From a virus, in IMG/VR virus record IMGVR_UViG_3300027716_000003: 47,187 nt of DNA; one strand, written 5' to 3'. The notes beneath the pieces are model-generated. The model worked only from the letters and a program-made list of their open reading frames with translations, was not told where the DNA came from and did no database searches. Made by a program: the position numbers and the translations under genes. Positions 41,577-47,187 of the stretch are shown piece by piece. How positions within the stretch are numbered: the stretch's first letter is position 1; every line of letters starts with the position of its first letter.

Positions 41577-43300
41577 GCGGCGGACGCATCCCAGTCTTCA
41601 TCGTGCAGGTCGTCGCCCTTGTGCCAGAGCTCGAGCGCCGCGCCGAAGCGCATCGCCGCATTGCGCAGGGCATCTCCGATAATCTCCTTCTCGCGCGCGC
41701 CCGGGTCCTGCCCGTTCTTGCTCTGCGCGTTGCCGTAGCCGAGCCGCGTCACGCCGCAGACGGTGAGCTTGATCCAGAGACCGCCGGTCGCGTCGAAGAG
41801 CGGCAGCCCCTTCGGGTCGACGGCCATCGGCTCCCACGTCCACATGGGGTCGGCCTCGAGCAGCCTGTCGGTGAGCGCGGCGTGCCCGACGTAGTCGAGG
41901 TGAATGATGCGCGGGTGGTGCCAGCCGCCGCACACGTTGCAATTGCGCTTCTCGTTCGGCGGGCAGTTGTTCTGCTCCTTCGTGCCTTTCGGCAGCTTGC
42001 TAATCTGATGCTTCTCGAACGGGGCGCGCAGCAGGGCGAGCCCGCGCAAGTTGGCCTTGGCGGGCCCAGGCATGGCCAGGACGGGAGCCGGAGGATTGGG
42101 CACTGCACCGTTCTGTGTAGACGTGATGGTGCGCACGAATGGCGCAGCGGTCTGGGCGGCGCGGGGCTCGCCGAAAGGGATGAACTCCTCCCGCTTTGCC
42201 TTCCGCCACTCCTCCTCGCGCTTCTCCTCCTGCTCGTGCTGCTCGCGTGCCGCGCGGTCGGCGTTGCGCTCGCGCTCGTGCTCGGCACGGGCGGCCGCCT
42301 CCTGGCGCAGGAACTCGTCGGCGCGCGGGTCCTTGCCGATGAGGGGCTCACGCGGCACCGCCCCGCCGCGCGGCCCCTGCTCATACTCGGGCTTGCTCGC
42401 CTGGAAAGCGGGCTCCGCGTCTGCGGCGGCGGCGGCCGCGCTGAGCTCGTGCCGCGAGGGCTCGGGCATGGGCGTGGCGTTGCCCATGAAGCCGTCGAAC
42501 GCGAGCTCGACCTGGGGCGCCATCGTCTCGGCCACCTTCGGCTCGGCGCGCACGAGCAGGGCCTCGGCGTCGAGGTCGAGCTTCGTGTCGAGGGTCGTGA
42601 GCTTGAGCGACAAGACGAGCTGTTCCCAGTTCGCGCGCAGCGACTCCCACACCTTGCCCGAGCCGGTGGCGAGGTGCTCGGCGATGCCCGTCAGCGTCTT
42701 GTGCTCGCCGATGAGGCCGGCGGCTTTGACGGGGCCGATGCCCGGCACGCCCGGCACGTTGTCGCTCTTGTCGCCCGTGAGCGCCAGGAACAAGGGGATC
42801 TGCTCGGGGGTGACCTCGAACTTCTCCTTCACTTCCTTCGGGCCCCGGAAGTATTCGGCGCGCTCGCCGTGCTTGGGGACGAGCTGCAGCACGTTGTCGG
42901 TGACGCACTGAGCGAGATCCTTGTCGGCGCCGACGAGCCAGACCTCCGCCCAGCTCTCGCCGTAGATGCGGGCTAGCGTCGCGATGACGTCGTCGCCTTC
43001 CTTCCCCTTGACGCGCGCCATCGGGTAGCCGCGACTCTTGAGCGCGTCGTAGAGCCAGCGCTTCTGATAGATCTCGGTCGTCTCGGGCTCGACGCGGTTC
43101 GCCTTGTAGTCGGGGAATACTTCCTTGCGATCGTAGGGCGGGTAGTCGAGGCAGAGCACGACGCGGTCGACGCGGGCCGCGACTCGCTCAATCTCGGCGA
43201 GCGTGTTCTGTCCGCCGGCGTTGGGGTTCGCCTCGTAGGTGCGCTTGAAGAGGCAGCCGACGTCGACGAGGGCGATGGTCTTGTTCTGGGGCATGGTCAT
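41552..43300 (-). CDS. Fusion protein: FEN-type 5'-3' exonuclease (PIN+H3TH) + disordered linker + Rad52-like single-strand annealing domain
   Basis: N-terminal: LCLDYPPYDRKEVFPDYKANR, EGDDVIATLA, VGADKDLAQCV, ALTGDKSDNVPGVPGIGPVKAA. C-terminal: LDYVGHAALTDRL...WIKLTVCGVTRLGYG...KEIIGDALRNAAMRFGAALELW parallels the Rad52 core (YIEGH..I...N..FG..GW...V.V.L.DG..HEDVGYG...KEAVTD.LKRALR.FGNALG). Confidence 0.7.
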   Translation of the reverse strand: MTMPQNKTIALVDVGCLFKRTYEANPNAGGQNTLAEIERVAARVDRVVLCLDYPPYDRKEVFPDYKANRVEPETTEIYQKRWLYDALKSRGYPMARVKGKEGDDVIATLARIYGESWAEVWLVGADKDLAQCVTDNVLQLVPKHGERAEYFRGPKEVKEKFEVTPEQIPLFLALTGDKSDNVPGVPGIGPVKAAGLIGEHKTLTGIAEHLATGSGKVWESLRANWEQLVLSLKLTTLDTKLDLDAEALLVRAEPKVAETMAPQVELAFDGFMGNATPMPEPSRHELSAAAAAADAEPAFQASKPEYEQGPRGGAVPREPLIGKDPRADEFLRQEAAARAEHERERNADRAAREQHEQEEKREEEWRKAKREEFIPFGEPRAAQTAAPFVRTITSTQNGAVPNPPAPVLAMPGPAKANLRGLALLRAPFEKHQISKLPKGTKEQNNCPPNEKRNCNVCGGWHHPRIIHLDYVGHAALTDRLLEADPMWTWEPMAVDPKGLPLFDATGGLWIKLTVCGVTRLGYGNAQSKNGQDPGAREKEIIGDALRNAAMRFGAALELWHKGDDLHDEDWDASAAWKAIGGV

Positions 43301-43539
43301 GTTCCTTTCACGAGGCGGAGGTTGTGGCGGCGGGCGACGATCTGTTTCGCCCGGGCGAGCTGCGCCGCGAATGAGTCGCGCAGGGTGTTGTCGCCGACGC
43401 GGGGCAGGAGGTCGTCGAGATGGTCGATGAGGTAGTCGAGCACCCGGCGCGGGCTCTCGACCGAGAGCTCGAAGTGCAGCTGTTCGAGCTTCCTCGAAAA
43501 CTGCGTGCGGGCCCGGTGCTGGGCGTAGTGGGTCGTCAT
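43297..43539 (-). CDS. Hypothetical protein (80 aa)
   Basis: ATG 43539; the stop overlaps the exonuclease start (ATGA). Confidence 0.5.
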   Translation of the reverse strand: MTTHYAQHRARTQFSRKLEQLHFELSVESPRRVLDYLIDHLDDLLPRVGDNTLRDSFAAQLARAKQIVARRHNLRLVKGT

Positions 43540-43606
43540 GTCCACTGCCTTCGGTGTGCCATGACGTTGGGACAAGTACCAGTCGTGACTGTTGCGTGCA
43601 TGTCGA

Positions 43607-43906
43607 TTACCAGCCCGGAACGGGACAGTGGTGATAGAGCGAGCCCTCGGGGGCGGGCCCCGCGCCGGGCTTCCACTCGGGCGGGTAGTAGTCGGGCGCG
43701 TTCGGCCAGGGGTCGAGTATCTCGCAGAGCACGGGGCTGCTCCTGCGCTTGCCGTCCTCGAGCAGCCGCACGCGGGGCGGCTTCTGCCGGAGCTCGAGCG
43801 GCCAGCGCAGACCATCGAGCACGACGAAGAAGACGTCGCCCTTCTTCGCGTACTGGAAGGTCAGGCTCCACGGCACCGGGTGCATGCGCACGGTGGGCGG
43901 CATCAT
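43607..43906 (-). CDS. Hypothetical protein (99 aa)
   Basis: ATGA-coupled start at 43906. Confidence 0.5.
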   Translation of the reverse strand: MMPPTVRMHPVPWSLTFQYAKKGDVFFVVLDGLRWPLELRQKPPRVRLLEDGKRRSSPVLCEILDPWPNAPDYYPPEWKPGAGPAPEGSLYHHCPVPGW

Positions 43907-44151
43907 GTGACCACCTTGAGGTAGCGCAGGTAGTCGCGGCCCGCTTCGGTGAGCGCGAGCCCGCGCGCGATGCGCGGCGTCTTCGTGAGCATGCCCTTGC
44001 GCACGAGGGCGATCACGCTGCAGAAGCCGGTGTGAGGGCTGGTCGTCCCGAAGTGCTTGCCCATCTCCTCGAGCGTCGGGGGGTAGCCGTGCTCGGCGAC
44101 GAACGAGCCGATGAAGCGCAAGACCCGGGCCTGCTTTGGGGTGAGGCTCAC
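43903..44151 (-). CDS. LexA N-terminal-domain-like winged-helix protein (82 aa, no peptidase domain)
   Basis: LTPKQARVLRFIGSFVAEHGYPPTLEEMGKHFGTTSP...LVRKGMLTKTPRIARGLALT parallels the LexA DNA-binding domain. GTGA-coupled. Confidence 0.7.
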   Translation of the reverse strand: MSLTPKQARVLRFIGSFVAEHGYPPTLEEMGKHFGTTSPHTGFCSVIALVRKGMLTKTPRIARGLALTEAGRDYLRYLKVVT

Positions 44152-45278
44152 GCGACCTCCGGGATGGCGCCGCCCGGCGGGACCGGGCCCCACTGCTCGA
44201 GCTGCTCGAGGGTGAGCCTGCCCGTCGGGTCGAAGCCCGCGCGCGCTTGTTTGGCGGCGACGGTGAGCCGCTCGCCGAGCACGTCGCGCCTCGACAGCGG
44301 GGCGGGCAAGGGCTGGGGGTGGTCAGCGAGCACACCTTTCAGCAGAGCCTCGAGCGGGAGCCCGTGCTTGGCCGCGAACGCCCTCTGGCGCGCGTCGGGC
44401 TCGAAGGGCTCCACCGGGAGCGCCGGGCCACGGAAGCCGCTCCTAGGGGCCGTAGCGGCGGAGCGTTGGGCATCCTTCGCCCGGTTCGTCTCCTCCCACG
44501 TTCGCCAGTTGCCGAACTGCTGCCTCACCCACTCGCGTTGATCGCGCACGCCCGACCGCCCGCCGATGCTGGCGAGGTTGCGAGCGGAGGCGAGGCGCTC
44601 GCGGAACCACTCGCGGCTCACGCCGGCGAGCACGGCTTCGTCCTCGAGCCCCGTCTCGTCGAGGCCTTCGAGGTCGTGGAAGCGGCGCACGACGGGGATG
44701 GTGTCGAGCTCTTCGTTATCGAAGCCCTCGCGCGCGGGAGGTACAACAACTTCAGAAGAGGGTTTGGGTTTAGGTTTCGGTTTAGGTGCGTCTACGGTTT
44801 CGCTACTCGCGTCTACGTGTGGACGGGTGTCGACGCGCTCACCGGTCGCGAGGAAGTGATCCTCGGCGTCGTACGGCAGCGGGCCGGTCTCCTCGGGGAA
44901 CGGCAAGGGCAGCTGCTTCGCGCGCTTCTGCTTGGCCCAGTTGCGCTTGCGTGCCTTCTCGGCCTCGCCCTTGGCGCGCTCGCGGTAGGCGACGAAGTTG
45001 ACGATGTGCCAGCCGCGCTCGACCTTGATCGCGCGACGCCCTTCGAAGTCGGGCGTCGAGGAGTAGGGGTCGGGGCTCTCGATGAGAGCGATGGCGGCCT
45101 TCGCCTGGTCGAGGGTGACGCCGGCCTGCTGCGCGACGCCGGGCACGGTGCCGACGACGAAGCCCTCGGGGTCGGCCATGAGCAGGAACCAAATCCAGAC
45201 GCAGCGCGTGGCCGGGTCAGCCGCCCACATGCTGCTCGTGAGGAAGTCGCGGAAGACGGGGGTGTAGGGATGCCTCAT
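44148..45278 (-). CDS. Replication initiation / replisome-organizer-like protein (376 aa)
   Basis: The N-terminal FRDFLTSSMWAADPATRCVWIWFLLMADPEGFV resembles the phage replisome-organizer N-domain. Central PKPKPKPKP linker. Position in the replication block. Confidence 0.45.
   Translation of the reverse strand: MRHPYTPVFRDFLTSSMWAADPATRCVWIWFLLMADPEGFVVGTVPGVAQQAGVTLDQAKAAIALIESPDPYSSTPDFEGRRAIKVERGWHIVNFVAYRERAKGEAEKARKRNWAKQKRAKQLPLPFPEETGPLPYDAEDHFLATGERVDTRPHVDASSETVDAPKPKPKPKPSSEVVVPPAREGFDNEELDTIPVVRRFHDLEGLDETGLEDEAVLAGVSREWFRERLASARNLASIGGRSGVRDQREWVRQQFGNWRTWEETNRAKDAQRSAATAPRSGFRGPALPVEPFEPDARQRAFAAKHGLPLEALLKGVLADHPQPLPAPLSRRDVLGERLTVAAKQARAGFDPTGRLTLEQLEQWGPVPPGGAIPEVA
44761..44837. 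promoter_or_regulatory. Candidate origin region inside the organizer gene: (GGTTTN)x4 followed by GCGTCTACG, GCGTCTACGTGTGGACG and GGTGTCGACGCG
   Basis: Read directly. The 17-mer is 16/17 identical and the 12-mer 12/12 identical to modules at 1009-1047. Confidence 0.4.
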
Positions 45279-45481
45279 CGGGTGGCCCCCTCCGGGGGGC
45301 GCTCGCCGGGTTCGAAGTCGACGAACTGGAAGAGCTGGCGCGCGATCCATGGGTTCTGGCGGAGCTTCTCGAGCGCGCGGTGTTCGAGCTGCTTGACGCG
45401 GTTGGTGGAGATGTGGAGGGCCTTGGCGATCTCGCGCACGGTCATCCCGTCGCGCCGCAGCCAGTCGTGCGCGGTGCTCAC
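45275..45481 (-). CDS. Sigma-70 region 4 / LuxR-type HTH-only protein (68 aa)
   Basis: MTVREIAKALHISTNRVKQLEHRALEKLR matches the region 4.2 pattern. GTGA-coupled start; ATGA-coupled to the organizer gene. Confidence 0.6.
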   Translation of the reverse strand: MSTAHDWLRRDGMTVREIAKALHISTNRVKQLEHRALEKLRQNPWIARQLFQFVDFEPGERPPEGATR

Positions 45482-45681
45482 ATGCCCTCCGGCAGGGGCA
45501 AACCATCCTCCGGCAGGGGCAAACCATCCAGCCTAGCGAGCAGAGTCTCGGCGTGCCGGCGCAGCTCGTCGTTGCTCTGGCGCAGCTCGGCGACCTGCTC
45601 GCGCAGCGCGGTGATGGTGTCGCGCATGACGGCGATGGTGTCGTCGGTGTAGGTGCTTTCGGTTCGGCTGAACTCGGTCAT
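45478..45681 (-). CDS. Coiled-coil protein (67 aa) with duplicated DGLPLPE C-terminus
   Basis: ATGA overlap with the int stop. Helical sequence ALREQVAELRQSNDELRRHAETLLARL. Confidence 0.5.
   Translation of the reverse strand: MTEFSRTESTYTDDTIAVMRDTITALREQVAELRQSNDELRRHAETLLARLDGLPLPEDGLPLPEGM
45488..45529. repeat. Perfect 21-nt tandem duplication TCCGGCAGGGGCAAACCATCC x2
   Basis: Read directly, at 45488-45508 and 45509-45529. Confidence 0.9.
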
Positions 45682-47187
45682 GACTTCCTCCGGCGGGCGT
45701 CGAGTGAGGAGACGTTGTCGGGGGCTACCGCACGTCGGCGCTTGGCGACCTCCAAGAGGGCCGTGGCGGAGTCGAGATCGCCCTCGCTCATCGCCAGGCG
45801 CACGGCGAGCTCGAGGGCCTCGTCGAGGCTGCCGAGTAATGGCCGGGAGTTCTGGCCGGCGGCAGTCGCACCGAGTGGTTTGGCGTCGTTTTCGAGGTCA
45901 CCCGAAACGACTCTTCCATGCGAAAACCCCTTAAAAACAGCTTCGGTCTTGGACTCCGAAGCCAAGGGTCGAAGGTTCGAATCCTTCCGGGCGCGCAGCG
46001 ATATCATTGAGCTTTCTCCTTCCTTGGATACTTTCTCAGACCGAGTTTCGGCCGAGAGCTGGCCAATATTCGGTGAGCCGAAGGTGCTCGCTGGGTGAGC
46101 AGAAGGGGCGATGGTCATCACCTGGCGCTCACCTTCCCGCGACTGACCCGAGGGCAAGAGTCTGCTCGGCACCGCCCCCGCCGGCACCGCGAGCGCCTCC
46201 GTCGGGTTCTGCAGATAGCGGCCGTGGGCGCGCAAGTCGGAGGCGTGCCCCGTCAAGGCCGCGCTCGTCTGCACGTTGACCCCCGCCTTGCCGAGCGCCT
46301 GGCTCCACGCCCGTCGCCAAGAGTGGAAGTCGACGGGCAGCGTGTACTTCGTCTCCTCGAACAGCTCCCGCTCCTTACCCGTCATCGGGCGACCCGGCAC
46401 CCAGCGGCCGACGGGGCCCCTCTGCCCGCGGCCGGCGTCTGGGTCCCAGCGCTCGATACCGAGCGCGCGCCGGAGGTCCTGGCGCATCGCGTGGGCGTGG
46501 CTGTCCTGCGTCTCGCGCAGGCCGCCGGCGCTCTCTCCCCGGAGCAGCGGGAACACCGGACCCTTGCGGGGCCGCCCCTGGTGCACCCACCAGCGATAGA
46601 CGACCGGAGCGAGCCCCTCGGGCACCTCCATGCGCTGGGGCGCCGCGCCCTTCGTGCGGGGCACCCACGCCTCGGCGAACGAGGGCTCTCCGCTCGCGTC
46701 CTCGTCGAGCAGAAAGTTATCCTCCCAGGTCGCGACGTGCAGATCGTTGGTGCGCTCGCCGCCGAGGCAGCGCGCGATGCAGCTCATCGTCTGGCGCATG
46801 AGCACCCCGACGCGGTGCCGGGGCACGGGGTGCTGCCAGGCGAGATACGCGAGCAGGACCTCGTCGCGCGCCACGGCCCGCGTCTTGTCGAGCGTCGCCT
46901 TGAAGAGCGGCATCCGCGCCTTCGGATCGTCCATGGTGGCGAGCCCCGCGCTCTCGAACGTGAACTTGAGCGCCTTTCGGAGATGCTTCACGTGGTCGTC
47001 CGAGTAGCCCCGGCTGCGCTGATCCTCGAGCAGCGCCTTCACTTCGTCCGGGGTGATGGCCGCGATGGGGCGCGCTCCGAATGGCAGTGGGTGGCTCTCG
47101 GTCACGAAGGGGTAGGCGTGGTTTCGAAGGCGCCCCTCCTCGATGTCGACGCGCGAGACCTGGCGCGCCTCTCGCGCTCGGAGCGCG
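45678..47187 (-). CDS. int: Tyrosine integrase, main part (N-terminus continues at 335..1); carries a 178-aa extension after the catalytic Tyr
   Basis: R (GGERTNDL), HSWRR, TGH and HGRYLQ, with the Tyr codon at 46215-46217. The ORF continues to 45678 through the tRNA-like attP core. Confidence 0.9.
   Translation of the reverse strand, partial: ALRAREARQVSRVDIEEGRLRNHAYPFVTESHPLPFGARPIAAITPDEVKALLEDQRSRGYSDDHVKHLRKALKFTFESAGLATMDDPKARMPLFKATLDKTRAVARDEVLLAYLAWQHPVPRHRVGVLMRQTMSCIARCLGGERTNDLHVATWEDNFLLDEDASGEPSFAEAWVPRTKGAAPQRMEVPEGLAPVVYRWWVHQGRPRKGPVFPLLRGESAGGLRETQDSHAHAMRQDLRRALGIERWDPDAGRGQRGPVGRWVPGRPMTGKERELFEETKYTLPVDFHSWRRAWSQALGKAGVNVQTSAALTGHASDLRAHGRYLQNPTEALAVPAGAVPSRLLPSGQSREGERQVMTIAPSAHPASTFGSPNIGQLSAETRSEKVSKEGESSMISLRARKDSNLRPLASESKTEAVFKGFSHGRVVSGDLENDAKPLGATAAGQNSRPLLGSLDEALELAVRLAMSEGDLDSATALLEVAKRRRAVAPDNVSSLDARRRKS
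45949..45995 (+). other. attP core candidate: 3' portion of a tRNA-Arg(CCG)-like sequence (anticodon arm to discriminator), antisense inside int
   Basis: TTGGA/CTCCGAA/GCCAA anticodon arm (anticodon CCG; the 31-39 pair is mismatched), variable GGGTC, T-arm GAAGG-TTCGAAT-CCTTC, and acceptor CGGGCGC plus G. No D-arm and no 5' acceptor GCGCCCG upstream. Confidence 0.7.
47089..47187. repeat. Terminal direct repeat, copy 2 (identical to 1..99)
   Basis: Base-by-base comparison. Confidence 0.95.

Larger units (their letters stand above)
1..47187. mobile_element. Whole circularly closed temperate dsDNA phage genome (podovirus-like, Mx8-like myxophage candidate); unique length 47,088 bp
   Basis: 99-nt exact end overlap. 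Integrase ORF closes in frame over the junction. Complete terminase-portal-scaffold-capsid-tail fibre-lysis-recombination-integration gene set. No sheath/tube/tape-measure gene order recognised. Confidence 0.8.

Noticed and set aside
45949-45995. Complete tRNA gene.
   Set aside because: Only the anticodon arm through the discriminator is present. No D-arm and no 5' acceptor strand (GCGCCCG) lie upstream, and the 31-39 pair is mismatched where identity to the host tRNA presumably ends. It is interpreted as the attP core, not a functional tRNA.
47089-47187. The 99-nt end repeats as att sites, LTR-like repeats or genuine direct terminal repeats.
   Set aside because: They lie inside the int coding frame, and merging them restores one uninterrupted ORF. 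An exact overlap of this type is the usual signature of a circular assembly. A real DTR cannot be fully excluded without reads.

Overview
The window is a complete, circularly closed temperate dsDNA phage genome. Nt 1-99 are identical to nt 47089-47187, and a tyrosine-integrase ORF closes in frame across that junction, so the unique length is 47,088 bp. The DNA is visibly very GC-rich (not computed). It carries about 80 tightly packed genes, most linked by ATGA/GTGA/TGATG start-stop overlaps.

Layout:
- (i) + strand early block, 1226-6226: a LexA-N-terminal-like wHTH protein, many small ORFs, an HTH protein and SSB.
- (ii) - strand early block, 12055-6223: Cys-rich mini-proteins, small membrane peptides and conserved phage/plasmid families. 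It is interrupted by a ~475-nt non-coding gap holding a dense GTTCAG/CTGAAC repeat array.
- (iii) + strand late block, 12067-38910: large terminase, portal, scaffold, capsid, a beta-helix protein, tail-tube-like proteins, Q/N-rich and lytic-transglycosylase internal proteins, a 1528-aa repeat-built tail fibre and a coupled glycosyltransferase.
- (iv) A reverse-strand metzincin lipoprotein moron.
- (v) Lysis cassette, 39806-40913.
- (vi) - strand recombination/replication/lysogeny block, 40914-47088 and on through the junction to 951.

Most notable observations:
- The attP core, the 3' part of a tRNA-Arg(CCG)-like sequence, lies inside the int ORF. This is the arrangement known from myxophage Mx8.
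- A single 582-aa polypeptide fuses a FEN-type 5'-3' exonuclease to a Rad52-like annealase.
- A candidate origin sits inside the replisome-organizer gene and shares sequence modules with the xis-side control region.
- Non-cleavable LexA DNA-binding-domain-only proteins are encoded together with arrays of the GTTCAG half-site.

No CRISPR array, complete tRNA gene or rRNA gene was seen. All functional calls come from reading motifs by eye and none was confirmed by a search.
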